From an uncultured Eubacteriales bacterium (GTDB taxonomy: Bacteria > Bacillota > Clostridia > Oscillospirales > CAG-272), in NCBI GenBank assembly GCA_949747515.1, contig CATKFO010000059.1, positions 17,813-81,812 on the forward strand: a DNA stretch of 64,000 nt, given 5' to 3'. Below the pieces are notes generated by a model. The model ran no database searches and was not told where the DNA came from. It saw only the letters and a program-made list of their open reading frames with translations. Shown here piece by piece: positions 1-9,552 of the stretch. The number at the start of each line of letters is the position of its first letter. The stretch's first letter is position 1. The position numbers and the translations under genes are program-made.

Positions 1-2
1 GA

Positions 3-362
3 GAGTATTCGGCAGCGGATATAGACGTTAAAAGCTCGTATACTATTCAAATTATAAGGAGATACCTTGAATCTTGCGCGGAAATGTCTGAAGCAGATCT
101 TTTGAAAAAATTTGAGGACGCTTCGCATGGAAATAAACATACGTCCTCGGATCCATATGAAATAAAGGAAACTATAGGAACAAATTTCACAGTTGACGAC
201 GTGAAAAATCTTCATTCTATGGCGCAGGCGTTTGATTATTTCAATATTAGAACCGGCGTTTACCCGGGAAATTATTCAATTCCCGACGGAGCCGCCTATG
301 GAAGATATGAACCGAACGTTGAAGAAGGATTGAAGCAATTCGGAAAATATCGCGGAGAGTGA
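3..362 (+). CDS. hypothetical protein; frame is open to the left window edge, so this may be the 3' end of a longer gene (first in-frame ATG at 84)
   Basis: Hand translation shows no stop in this frame from nt 3 to the TGA at 360-362. The ATG at 84 has no Shine-Dalgarno at normal spacing (GGAG is about 24 nt upstream). No family motif recognised. Confidence 0.4.
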   Translation, partial: EYSAADIDVKSSYTIQIIRRYLESCAEMSEADLLKKFEDASHGNKHTSSDPYEIKETIGTNFTVDDVKNLHSMAQAFDYFNIRTGVYPGNYSIPDGAAYGRYEPNVEEGLKQFGKYRGE

Positions 363-412
363 TAAGGATCTAATCTTTTTTTAAATTTAAACCGGAAGGA
401 ACAATAAATAAA

Positions 413-1825
413 ATGGCGAGAATGAAAAATAGTGAAAAAACTATGGCGAAGATCGTGGCTCTGTCAAAGAATCGCGGCTTCGTCTATCCGGGCAGCGAAA
501 TATACGGAGGTCTTGCAAATACGTGGGATTACGGACCGCTTGGCGTTGAAATGAAAAACAACATTAAGCGCGCATGGTGGAAAAAATTTATTCAAGAAAA
601 TCCATATAACGTAGGTCTTGATTCCGCAATATTGATGAATCCACAGACTTGGGTGGCTTCGGGACACTTAGGCGGATTTTCCGATCCTCTTATGGATTGC
701 CGCGAGTGCAAGGAGCGTTTTCGCGCCGATAAACTCATAGAGGATTGGTGTTTGGAGAACAATTATTCTCTCGAGAAGCCCATCGACGCTTTTTCACAGG
801 AAGAGATGAAGAGCTTTATAGAGGGAAAAAATATTGCATGTCCTTCGTGCGGCAAGCATAATTTTACCGATATTCGTCAGTTCAATTTAATGTTTAAGAC
901 GTTTCAGGGCGTTACTGAAGACGCAAAAAACACAGTGTACCTCAGACCAGAAACCGCGCAGGGCATTTTTGTAAACTTTCCGAGCGTTCAGCGCACGACG
1001 AGGAAAAAGATGCCTTTCGGTATCGGACAGATAGGTAAATCTTTCAGAAATGAAATTACTCCGGGAAACTTTATTTTCCGTGTTCGTGAATTTGAACAAA
1101 TGGAGTTGGAGTTTTTCTGCAAGCCGGGGACAGATCTCGAGTGGTTTTCTTACTGGCGCGGGTTCTGTCGCGATTGGCTTCTTTCGCTTGGAATGAACGA
1201 AGAAAACTTAAGACTTCGCGATCATGATCCTGAGGAACTTTGCTTCTATTCTAAGGCTACTACCGACTTTGAATTTATGTTCCCGTTTGGTTGGGGAGAG
1301 CTTTGGGGAGTCGCCGATCGTACCGATTATGATTTGACTCAGCATCAGAATACGTCTGGAAAAGATCTTACATATTTTGATCAGGAGACTAACGAACGGT
1401 ATATTCCTTACGTTATCGAACCGTCTCTCGGCGTTGAGCGTTCGTTCCTTGCGTTCTTATGCGACGCTTATGATGAAGAGGTTATTGATGCTGAAAAGAA
1501 CGACGTTCGCACCGTCCTTCATCTTCATCCCGCTCTCGCGCCGTTCAAGGCCGCCGTCCTCCCTTTGTCAAAGAAATTGTCTGATAAGGCTGTAGAGCTG
1601 TATACAAGACTGTCTAAAAAATTCTCAGTTGATTTCGACGAATCGGGATCTATCGGCAAACGTTACAGAAGAGAGGATGAAATTGGAACTCCTTTTTGTA
1701 TTACATATGATTTCGACTCGCTTGAGGATAATTGCGTAACGGTACGAGATCGCGATACGATGGAGCAAGTACGTATATCGATGGAATCTCTTGAAAAATA
1801 TCTTGAGGAAAAGCTTGAGTTCTAA
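413..1825 (+). CDS. glyQS: glycine--tRNA ligase (alpha2 type)
   Basis: 470-aa ORF with class II aaRS signatures typical of GlyRS ([56 protein letters not shown]). Confidence 0.95.
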   Translation: MARMKNSEKTMAKIVALSKNRGFVYPGSEIYGGLANTWDYGPLGVEMKNNIKRAWWKKFIQENPYNVGLDSAILMNPQTWVASGHLGGFSDPLMDCRECKERFRADKLIEDWCLENNYSLEKPIDAFSQEEMKSFIEGKNIACPSCGKHNFTDIRQFNLMFKTFQGVTEDAKNTVYLRPETAQGIFVNFPSVQRTTRKKMPFGIGQIGKSFRNEITPGNFIFRVREFEQMELEFFCKPGTDLEWFSYWRGFCRDWLLSLGMNEENLRLRDHDPEELCFYSKATTDFEFMFPFGWGELWGVADRTDYDLTQHQNTSGKDLTYFDQETNERYIPYVIEPSLGVERSFLAFLCDAYDEEVIDAEKNDVRTVLHLHPALAPFKAAVLPLSKKLSDKAVELYTRLSKKFSVDFDESGSIGKRYRREDEIGTPFCITYDFDSLEDNCVTVRDRDTMEQVRISMESLEKYLEEKLEF

Positions 1826-1869
1826 TGATGTAGACTCGGCGAAAAACAGTATCTGTTTGACGCTGACCA

Positions 1870-1899
1870 GAGCCGGAGGCACGGATGTGTTTCCGGCTC
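1870..1899 (+). terminator. possible weak terminator hairpin after glyQS
   Basis: GAGCCGGA (1870-1877) pairs with TCCGGCTC (1892-1899); only a short interrupted T run follows. Confidence 0.35.
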
Positions 1900-1998
1900 G
1901 CAGAGCTTTTGAGACGGAAAATTGACGTTTTATAGACGGCTTAACGCTATATAAATGTAGTAAAAAATTATTTTGTATGAAACGGATGGTAAATAGAT

Positions 1999-2880
1999 AT
2001 GAATTACACGCTGAAAAACGGTATAACGACCGCTGAGTGTACAACGGATGGGGGAGAACTCATTTCTTTTGTATGCGATGGAACGGAGTATGTGTGGCAA
2101 GGCGATTCTGACTTTTGGGGAGGACGAGCTCCTCATCTATTTCCGGTCGTATGCTCTCCGCTTGACGGTTCTGTTGTATACGAAGGCGTAAGCTATCCTA
2201 TGCCTAAGCATGGATTTATACGCGGAGCATCGTTTCATACGATAGAGCTTTCGCCCAACAGAATTGTTTTCGAAACGAAAAATAATGAAAATACTATGCG
2301 ATCCTTTCCATATCGATTTAACTTTAGAGTAACGCACGCTTTGTTAGAAAATGGATTCCAAACGTCGTATACAGTTATCGCCGGAGACGATATGATATTT
2401 AATTTAGGAGGGCATCCAGCTTTCAATTGTCCGTTTTTTCAAGAAGAATCTTTTGAAGACTATGAGCTTCATTTTGCTGATAATTCCGACGAATACATTA
2501 TGTCGATAACGGAAGAAGGATATATGAATCCAGCTTCCGCTAAGCTTAATCGAATAAAAAACGGCATATTGCCGCTCAGATATTCAGATTTTGATAGGGA
2601 CGCTATGATAGTCGAGAATCTTGCGGAAAAGAAAGTAGATCTTGTTAGTAGCGTTACCGGCCATGGAATAAGATTTTCGTTCGAAGGGTTTGACGCGCTC
2701 GGAATATGGACTCCGTACAGTACTCCGAGCGGTAAACCTGCGCCTTTCTTGTGTCTTGAACCTTGGCGAGGATTGCCTGCATCCGTCGACGAGAGCGGAA
2801 AAGCAGAAGATAAAAAGTATTCTATAAAGCTTGCATCCGGAGAAATCTTTTCAGTAGGATATGAAATTAGAGTTATATAA
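1999..2880 (+). CDS. aldose 1-epimerase family protein
   Basis: 293-aa ORF. Overall resemblance to the galactose-mutarotase-like family (LFPVVCS, MPKHGFIR, GGHPAFNCP, EPW). GGATGG RBS upstream. Confidence 0.75.
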   Translation: MNYTLKNGITTAECTTDGGELISFVCDGTEYVWQGDSDFWGGRAPHLFPVVCSPLDGSVVYEGVSYPMPKHGFIRGASFHTIELSPNRIVFETKNNENTMRSFPYRFNFRVTHALLENGFQTSYTVIAGDDMIFNLGGHPAFNCPFFQEESFEDYELHFADNSDEYIMSITEEGYMNPASAKLNRIKNGILPLRYSDFDRDAMIVENLAEKKVDLVSSVTGHGIRFSFEGFDALGIWTPYSTPSGKPAPFLCLEPWRGLPASVDESGKAEDKKYSIKLASGEIFSVGYEIRVI

Positions 2881-2894
2881 ATTTAAGGGGAATT

Positions 2895-3836
2895 ATGAAT
2901 CTTTGCAATAGAACTGAAGTAAAACGACTTCTAGATAAATATGGTCTTGCTCCGAGAAAAGGGTATGGTCAAAACTTTCTAATAAATCCTGCCGTTCCTC
3001 AGATGATAGCTGAGAACTCATACACGATGTCTTTATCCGGTAATTTAGATAACAACGCTCCTTGCGGTGTTATAGAGATTGGTCCCGGGGTAGGCGCATT
3101 AACCTCCTGCTTAGCTCAGTATTATGATAAGGTTGCGGCTCTCGAAATAGATAAAGGATTGATTCCTTTATTAGAGGAATCTATGCGCGATTTTGATAAT
3201 GTTAAGATAATATGCCAAGACGTGATGGAAACTGATATTCCCGCGCTTATTGAAGAAGAATTTGGCGACATTATTGAGCAAGGCGGATCCTTAAGCGTTT
3301 GCGCGAATTTGCCGTATTATATTACTTCTCCAGTAATAATGAAACTGCTTGAGTCATTTTCATTTAGCGAAAGCGTACCGTTTTCATCGATAACCGTTAT
3401 GATACAAACAGAGGTTGCCGATAGACTTGTTTCAGAAGCTGGAAGCGGAGAATATGGCGCGGTGACCGCCGCCGTTAGATTGAGAGCGGACGTAAAAAAA
3501 ATATTTAACGTTTCGGCTGGAAATTTTTATCCTATTCCAAAGGTGTCGTCAAGCGTTATATCTATTATTCCGCACGGTGGAATAAGTCAACTGTATCCGA
3601 TGGCGAAGGATTCGCCGTTAGGAATTGACAGGCTTGGAAAAAAGACGTGCGAACTCATATCTCTTGCGTTTGGTCAACGAAGAAAAACTATAGTTAATTC
3701 GGCGGCGTCAGCGTATCCAAAGGAGCTTATTGTCAAATCTCTAAGAAATCTCGGATTGCGCGAGGACATTCGCGGAGAACGACTGTCGGCAAGTGATTTT
3801 CTTGCGTTAGCCGATAATCTTAACAGAGGCTTATAA
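2895..3836 (+). CDS. rsmA: 16S rRNA (adenine1518/1519-N6)-dimethyltransferase
   Basis: N-terminal GQNFLINP and SAM-binding VIEIGPGVGALT motifs; AAGGGG RBS. Confidence 0.9.
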   Translation: MNLCNRTEVKRLLDKYGLAPRKGYGQNFLINPAVPQMIAENSYTMSLSGNLDNNAPCGVIEIGPGVGALTSCLAQYYDKVAALEIDKGLIPLLEESMRDFDNVKIICQDVMETDIPALIEEEFGDIIEQGGSLSVCANLPYYITSPVIMKLLESFSFSESVPFSSITVMIQTEVADRLVSEAGSGEYGAVTAAVRLRADVKKIFNVSAGNFYPIPKVSSSVISIIPHGGISQLYPMAKDSPLGIDRLGKKTCELISLAFGQRRKTIVNSAASAYPKELIVKSLRNLGLREDIRGERLSASDFLALADNLNRGL

Positions 3837-3895
3837 TATGTGTGAGTGATAAATTGACTTCATATTTTACGCTTTACCGCACGAATAAAAATTAT

Positions 3896-3940
3896 AAAAA
3901 AGGGCGTTTGGCTTTATTCCACCAAAACGTCCTTTTTCTC
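3896..3940. terminator. bidirectional terminator between convergent rsmA and the GGGtGRT gene
   Basis: AGGGCGTTTGG (3901-3911) pairs imperfectly with CCAAAACGTCCT (3922-3933). It is flanked by an A run on the left and a T run on the right. Confidence 0.6.
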
Positions 3941-3969
3941 TAAAAATTGTTTTTATGAGGCTTTTTAAA

Positions 3970-4968
3970 TTACTTGCAAGCTTCCTCAACTGCAACCGCG
4001 CAGGCCACGGTAGCGCCGACCATGGGGTTGTTACCCATACCGATAAGACCCATCATTTCAACGTGCGCCGGAACTGATGAAGAACCTGCGAATTGAGCGT
4101 CGGAATGCATACGTCCCATAGTATCCGTCATTCCGTAGCTGGAAGGACCGGCGGCCATGTTGTCGGGGTGAAGAGTACGACCAGTGCCTCCTCCGGAAGC
4201 CACGGAGAAATACTTTCTTCCGTTCTCAACGCACCACTTTTTGTATGTGCCGGCAACAGGGTGTTGGAAACGCGTAGGATTGGTGGAGTTACCGGTGATC
4301 GAAACGCCTACGTTTTCATGCCGCATGATAGCGACGCCTTCGCAAACGTCGTCAGCGCCATAGCACTTAACTGATGCGCGGGGGCCGTCCGAGTATGCTT
4401 TTTCTTCAACGACGGTCAGTTCTTCAGTGAAGTGATTAAATTCAGTTTTTACATATGTGAACCCGTTGATACGTGAAATTATGAAAGCAGCGTCTTTTCC
4501 AAGGCCGTTCAGTATAACGCGAAGCGGATTGGTACGAACTTTGTTAGCGTTAAGAGCAATTTTGATAGCGCCTTCTGCCGCCGCAAAGGACTCGTGACCT
4601 GCCAGAAAACAGAAGCAATCAGTATCTTCTGAAAGAAGCATAGCTCCAAGATTTCCGTGTCCGAGACCAACTTTACGGTTTTCAGCGACGGAACCGGGAA
4701 TACAGAACGCCTGAAGACCGATACCTATAGCGGCAGCGGCTTCGTTAGCCTTTTTTACTCCTTTTTTGAGAGCAATAGCGCATCCAACCGTATATGCCCA
4801 AACTGCGTTTTCAAAGCATATAGGCTGAGTCTCTCTTACTATTCTATCGCAGTCGATACCGGCCGCAAGAGTAATTTCCTTGCATTCTTCAATGGAGGAG
4901 ATACCGTACTCTGCAAGCACGCCGTTGATTTTATCAACTCTTCTTTCGTAGCTTTCAAATAATGCCAT
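3970..4968 (-). CDS. GGGtGRT family protein (function unknown)
   Basis: 332-aa ORF containing the eponymous SGGGTGRT motif; AGGAGG RBS. Confidence 0.8.
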   Translation of the reverse strand: MALFESYERRVDKINGVLAEYGISSIEECKEITLAAGIDCDRIVRETQPICFENAVWAYTVGCAIALKKGVKKANEAAAAIGIGLQAFCIPGSVAENRKVGLGHGNLGAMLLSEDTDCFCFLAGHESFAAAEGAIKIALNANKVRTNPLRVILNGLGKDAAFIISRINGFTYVKTEFNHFTEELTVVEEKAYSDGPRASVKCYGADDVCEGVAIMRHENVGVSITGNSTNPTRFQHPVAGTYKKWCVENGRKYFSVASGGGTGRTLHPDNMAAGPSSYGMTDTMGRMHSDAQFAGSSSVPAHVEMMGLIGMGNNPMVGATVACAVAVEEACK

Positions 4969-4986
4969 TATATTTTACCTCCTACC

Positions 4987-5688
4987 TTATTCCTTGCGGG
5001 GATCTATGTACTTAACGGCGCCGTCAAACCTTCCGTAAGTACCCATAGCTTTTTTATACGCCTCGCCGGGTTCCATACCTTTTTTGATGAAATCAGTCAT
5101 CTTACCAAGCGATACGAACTCATATCCGATAACTTGATCGTCTTCGTCGAGAGCCATACGCGTAACGTAACCTTCCGCCATTTCAAGATAGCGAACGCCT
5201 TTAGCTTTTGTACCGTACATGGTGCCAACCTGCGAGCGGCTGCCCTTGCCAAGGTCTTCAAGACCGGCTCCTACCGGAAGTCCGTTTTCTGAGAAAGCAG
5301 ACTGAGAACGACCGTATACGATCTGAAGGAAAAGTTCTCTCATTGCGGTATTGATAGCGTCGCAAACAAGGTCTGTGTTCAGCGCTTCAAGTATAGTTTT
5401 TCCAGGAAGAATTTCCGAAGCCATAGCGGCGGAGTGGGTCATTCCTGAACATCCGATCGTTTCTACAAGAGCTTCCTCAATTACTCCGTTCTTAACGTTA
5501 AGGGTAAGTTTGCAGGCTCCCTGCTGAGGCGCGCACCAGCCTATGCCGTGCGTAAGCGCAGAGATGTCTTTAATTTCGTATGCCTTAACCCATTTTCCCT
5601 CTTCGGGAATAGGTGCTGGACCATGATTCGGGCCTTTGGCAACGGTACACATGTGTTCAACTTCCTGAGAATATGCGATATTGCTCAT
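4987..5688 (-). CDS. NifU/IscU-like iron-sulfur cluster scaffold domain protein
   Basis: 233-aa ORF with the Cys pattern of scaffold proteins (GWCAPQQGAC, GCSGMTHSAA). AGGAG RBS. Lies 18 nt upstream of the GGGtGRT gene. Confidence 0.7.
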   Translation of the reverse strand: MSNIAYSQEVEHMCTVAKGPNHGPAPIPEEGKWVKAYEIKDISALTHGIGWCAPQQGACKLTLNVKNGVIEEALVETIGCSGMTHSAAMASEILPGKTILEALNTDLVCDAINTAMRELFLQIVYGRSQSAFSENGLPVGAGLEDLGKGSRSQVGTMYGTKAKGVRYLEMAEGYVTRMALDEDDQVIGYEFVSLGKMTDFIKKGMEPGEAYKKAMGTYGRFDGAVKYIDPRKE

Positions 5689-5741
5689 TTCCGTTATCTC
5701 CTTTATGGATAATTTGCTTTATTGAAAAACATCACCATAAT

Positions 5742-5770
5742 ATTATATAACATTTATCGTCTTGGGTCAA
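5742..5770 (-). promoter_or_regulatory. sigma-A type promoter for the NifU-like/GGGtGRT operon
   Basis: On the minus strand: TTGACC (5765-5770), a 17-nt spacer, then TATAAT (5742-5747). Confidence 0.6.
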
Positions 5771-6040
5771 GAAAATGTGAGAAAAATTTTCACTTTTCTT
5801 TTGATTTAGATAATTGCAGTATTTCTATCTATAACGCTGCTTAAAGAGCAGACCTTATAAATTAAAATCCGCGATAAAGAAAAATGTCCCGGACTTGTTC
5901 GTAGATAATCTATAACGATATATTTATGCGGCGTGATCAATGTGATTAAGCATTTTTCATCGTTTCTACTGGACTCCATCGTCGATTAAGTATGATCTGC
6001 GACTTTATCAACAAATTAGAAATCATGCTGCGATTTTTTA

Positions 6041-6076
6041 ATAAAAAGACGACAGGGAAAATTAACCTCCTGTCGC
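6041..6076 (-). terminator. terminator after the P-type ATPase gene
   Basis: CGACAGG (6050-6056) pairs with CCTGTCG (6069-6075); a T run follows on the minus strand. Confidence 0.6.
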
Positions 6077-6143
6077 CGTTATTTGTAATTCAAATCATTA
6101 TTAAATATTTCTTGATCTTTACTGCGAATATTGTTTACCTGAT

Positions 6144-8855
6144 TTATGATTTCGTTCTTTTCTTTAAAAATAGCTTAAAGATAAGATCGGCAGGGAAGAC
6201 TGTCATCGCAATAAGGCCGGAAATAATCAATTCATGTCGGTCAAGAGGAACCGTACGGAACACTTCGCCTCCGAAATATACCATAATAAGCTGCACTGAG
6301 CATACAAGAGCCATTATCATAATAAAAGCGCGATTTCGCCCAAGTCCGGCAAGTAAATTTATCCGTTCTGTTCTGGCGCAGAACGAGTTGGCTATGCCGC
6401 AGAATACGAAAAGTGAAAAAAATAGCGTGAGGTAATAAATTTCTCCGTTTCCGCGAAACATATTTCTGACTGCAGACGATGTGAGAAAAAATACCGAAAG
6501 AGCTAACGTGTATGCTCCGCCGCAGATAATTCGCGCTGCGATTCCACGGGAAAGAATAGGCTCGTCGCGCCTTCTTGGCGGTCTCTTCATGTATGAAGCT
6601 AATGGAGACTCTCCTGCAAAAGCGAGGGAACCGAGAGTATCCATGATGACGTTTATCCATAACATCTGAGTAATTGTAATCGGAACTTCTACTCCAAGAA
6701 GCGGTCCCAAAATTGATATTCCGACGGCGCAGATGTTCATAGTAAGTTGGAAAAGAATGAATTTACGGATGCTTTCAAATATTGTGCGTCCATAAAGAAT
6801 AGCTCTTCCTATCGACGTGAAATTATCGTCCGTGATTATAATGTCTCCAGCTTCTCGCGCAACTTCAGTTCCGCTTCCCATTGCGAATCCAACGTCCGCG
6901 GCTTTGAGGGCCGGCGCGTCGTTTACTCCGTCGCCCGTCATTCCTACCACGTGTCCGGCCGCCATTGCGACTCTTACCAGGCGGGACTTATCCGCTGGCG
7001 TTACCCGGGCGATAACGTCTATACTGTCGAGATAAGACGTAAGTTCCTGATCCGTCATTCCGCGCAGTTTTTCGGATGTGAGAACTCTCTCGTTTTTTAG
7101 CGCTCCGCGCGATGTAGAACGAAGAATTCCCGCTTCTTCAGCAACTGCCGCGGCTGTTGTTTCGCTGTCGCCCGTTATCATTACCACGTGTACTCCGGCA
7201 TTTTTGCAGCTCTCAACAGCTTCTCTGACGCCTCCTCGTATTTCATCGCGTATACGAAATATGCATGAAAATGTTAGTCCGTCCGGTACCTTACCTTTTT
7301 TCAATTCGTAAAATGTATTCTCACTTCCGGTTGCCGCCGCTATTAGCCTGGCAGAACCAACGCTTGTTACGTCGTTCGATAATCGGAAAGGAGTTTCTCC
7401 ATATTTTCCAATCATTTTAGAACAGTGCGGAAGTATCAGCTCGGGAGCGCCGCGAACAATGGTAACACAGCGTCCGGTTGCGGTGTTTCTTATAAGAGCG
7501 GCGGCATATTTGTTAGACGAATCAAACGGAAGCTTTTCAATTAATTCAAAGCCTTTTTTGCTTCCTGACAGCCATCCTCCGACGGCTCGATCCGTCATGT
7601 TTCCCCCGCCGCCGCCCGAACAAAACTTTTGGCCTAATGTAAGTATTTCATAAAGTTCCGGTTCTTCACGGAGCTCGGTTTTCTTTTTAAATATTCGATC
7701 GCTGGTAATAACGCTTTCAACACGCATTTTTCCGGACGTTACAGTTCCGGTTTTATCGGTAAAAAGTATGCTGAGACTGCCTGATGTTTCGATACCTACG
7801 AGTCGGCGTACGAGAACGCCGTGCTTCATCATTTTTTTCATATTGGCTGAAAGCACTACGGTTATCATCATAGGCAGTCCTTCCGGCACAGCGACGACTA
7901 CGATCGATACGGCGAGCGTAAGCGCATGCAAGAGTTCTGAAGCCACGAATTTAACGTCGCTGATTCTTGAAGACAGACCGGCGACGGAACCGCATCCGCC
8001 AAGTATAAGTGAACTGATAAGATATGCCGCAGCCGCGATAGCCGCCCCTGCGTATCCTATTCTGCTTACCGTACGGGCAAGGGAAGTAAGTCTTTCCTTA
8101 AGCGGACTTGGCTGCTCTCCCTCTTGCAGCTCGGACGCTATGGCTCCGTACATAGTAGAATCTCCCACCGCTGTGACAATCATTTCGCACTCTCCGGATA
8201 TAACGGAAGCTCCTCTGCATAAGAAAGAATTGTCAGACGGGGATGTTCTGGAGGATACTGCGTCTTCAGTAAAGCCTGCACCTCGAAAACCGCACGGTAA
8301 TTTTTCTATTGCTTTGGCTTCTCCGGTAAGAGCGGATTGATCCGCGGATATACCGCCGGATACTACGAGTCCGTCGGCTGGAATTATTTCTCCCGCCTTT
8401 AGACATACAAGATCAAATTTTACTATATCGGATATTCCGATTTCAATCGTTTTTCCGTCGCGCACGACAGTATATTTTCGTTCGGTCATGTCTGAAAATA
8501 TTCTGTCGTAAGCGCGTCCGCTTCCGTACTCCGAAATTGTGGATACTAGAGCGGATATCATTACGGTTAGAGCTATTCCTCCAGCCTCGATCCAGTTTAC
8601 ATTTTTAAATGTAAAGATAATGTTTACAAGAAGAGCGCCGATAAGAACTCGTATTATAGGATCGTTTAGATTTGAAAGAAGCCCCGATGCAAACGTACGT
8701 CTTTTCTTTACTGTAAATGCGTTTTTTCCGAATTTTTCGGCCGATACTGCGGCGTCTGACGATGATAGTCCATATAATGCGTCGACTTTTACGGAGTTTT
8801 GCGGTTTGTCGGCGCGTCGAACGCCATGTCTGCCGAATGTTAAGCTCTTTTCCAT
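6144..8855 (-). CDS. cation-transporting P-type ATPase (P2, Ca2+-type)
   Basis: 903 aa with DKTGTVT phosphorylation site, TGDS, MTGDGVNDAPALKAADVG hinge and multiple TM segments. Confidence 0.9.
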   Translation of the reverse strand: MEKSLTFGRHGVRRADKPQNSVKVDALYGLSSSDAAVSAEKFGKNAFTVKKRRTFASGLLSNLNDPIIRVLIGALLVNIIFTFKNVNWIEAGGIALTVMISALVSTISEYGSGRAYDRIFSDMTERKYTVVRDGKTIEIGISDIVKFDLVCLKAGEIIPADGLVVSGGISADQSALTGEAKAIEKLPCGFRGAGFTEDAVSSRTSPSDNSFLCRGASVISGECEMIVTAVGDSTMYGAIASELQEGEQPSPLKERLTSLARTVSRIGYAGAAIAAAAYLISSLILGGCGSVAGLSSRISDVKFVASELLHALTLAVSIVVVAVPEGLPMMITVVLSANMKKMMKHGVLVRRLVGIETSGSLSILFTDKTGTVTSGKMRVESVITSDRIFKKKTELREEPELYEILTLGQKFCSGGGGGNMTDRAVGGWLSGSKKGFELIEKLPFDSSNKYAAALIRNTATGRCVTIVRGAPELILPHCSKMIGKYGETPFRLSNDVTSVGSARLIAAATGSENTFYELKKGKVPDGLTFSCIFRIRDEIRGGVREAVESCKNAGVHVVMITGDSETTAAAVAEEAGILRSTSRGALKNERVLTSEKLRGMTDQELTSYLDSIDVIARVTPADKSRLVRVAMAAGHVVGMTGDGVNDAPALKAADVGFAMGSGTEVAREAGDIIITDDNFTSIGRAILYGRTIFESIRKFILFQLTMNICAVGISILGPLLGVEVPITITQMLWINVIMDTLGSLAFAGESPLASYMKRPPRRRDEPILSRGIAARIICGGAYTLALSVFFLTSSAVRNMFRGNGEIYYLTLFFSLFVFCGIANSFCARTERINLLAGLGRNRAFIMIMALVCSVQLIMVYFGGEVFRTVPLDRHELIISGLIAMTVFPADLIFKLFLKKRTKS

Positions 8856-9174
8856 TTGCCGAATTCCTTTATTTGTAATCGTACCGCGTTGCGGCTATAA
8901 GAAATAATATTCATGACGTGTTTGTTATATGCTTGCATAAGCTTCGTCTGATTATTTCATTCATATATTATAGTTGAATTTATATGCGCGGCTTTTTTAA
9001 GACGCAGGTAAACATTTCTATAAAAATCGCTTTAACTATATTGCAATTTACTTTTTTTGTGGTATACTATGTAATAGAGGGCATTGTCTTTCATTATATG
9101 GGAGATAATATAAAAGCTTTGGATCGTAGTATATGGCGAGTCCGTAAGCATGAAATAGAAAGGTGAGTGTTATT

Positions 9175-9411
9175 ATGTGTAATTTTAGAAAAGAAAAAAG
9201 CTCTTCGGATGTTTTGAAGGCGATACTCATCGTCATCGGAGCTATCGTAGCGGTCAGCGGAATCGTTATGGCTTTATACAGTATGTTCAAAAAATATTTT
9301 AAGGTAACCTTTGAGTGCGGAAACGTATGCGACGACGATTGCTTCGACGATGAGAACGAAGATTATGAACCGCTTTGCTTCTGCGAGGATGATAACTCTG
9401 AGGAAGAGTAA
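9175..9411 (+). CDS. small membrane protein with Cys- and Asp/Glu-rich tail
   Basis: GGTGA RBS lies 9 nt before the ATG at 9175 (the track start at 9163 is GTG). One hydrophobic helix, then the tail FECGNVCDDDCFDDENEDYEPLCFCEDDNSEEE. Confidence 0.55.
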   Translation: MCNFRKEKSSSDVLKAILIVIGAIVAVSGIVMALYSMFKKYFKVTFECGNVCDDDCFDDENEDYEPLCFCEDDNSEEE

Positions 9412-9452
9412 AAACTATTTATCGTCGTTAGATTTGACGCGATGTTTCAAAA

Positions 9453-9492
9453 AACGAGGGTTGCATTCAAAAAAGTGTAATCCTCGTTTTTC
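9453..9492 (+). terminator. rho-independent terminator
   Basis: 13-bp stem, AACGAGGGTTGCA (9453-9465) with TGTAATCCTCGTT (9476-9488), including two G-T pairs, followed by TTTTT. Confidence 0.75.
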
Positions 9493-9552
9493 GTATTTAT
9501 TTAATGATTATCGACTTGAATTTGAAATAATATATTTATATGGGAAAACAAT

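Noticed and set aside
363-412. Expected T-box leader upstream of glyQS
   Set aside because: Only 50 nt separate the upstream ORF from glyQS. I found no T-box consensus (AANNNGGGTGGTACCGCG-like) anywhere in 1-412.
5776-5794. TGTGA-N9-TCAC imperfect palindrome just upstream of the NifU-like operon promoter (CRP/Rex-like?)
   Set aside because: Only 6 of 8 symmetric positions pair, and the spacing does not fit the TGTGA-N6-TCACA consensus. This is likely chance in AT-rich DNA.
5992-6435. 147-aa plus-strand ORF in the spacer before the Ca-type ATPase
   Set aside because: It overlaps the ATPase 3' end and its terminator, has no RBS, and its composition is typical of AT-rich non-coding DNA.
7768-8340. 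190-aa plus-strand ORF, with many similar ORFs at 6241-8907
   Set aside because: It is antisense to the well-supported P-type ATPase gene, with Ser/Pro/Ala/Thr-rich shadow-frame composition, no RBS and no motif.
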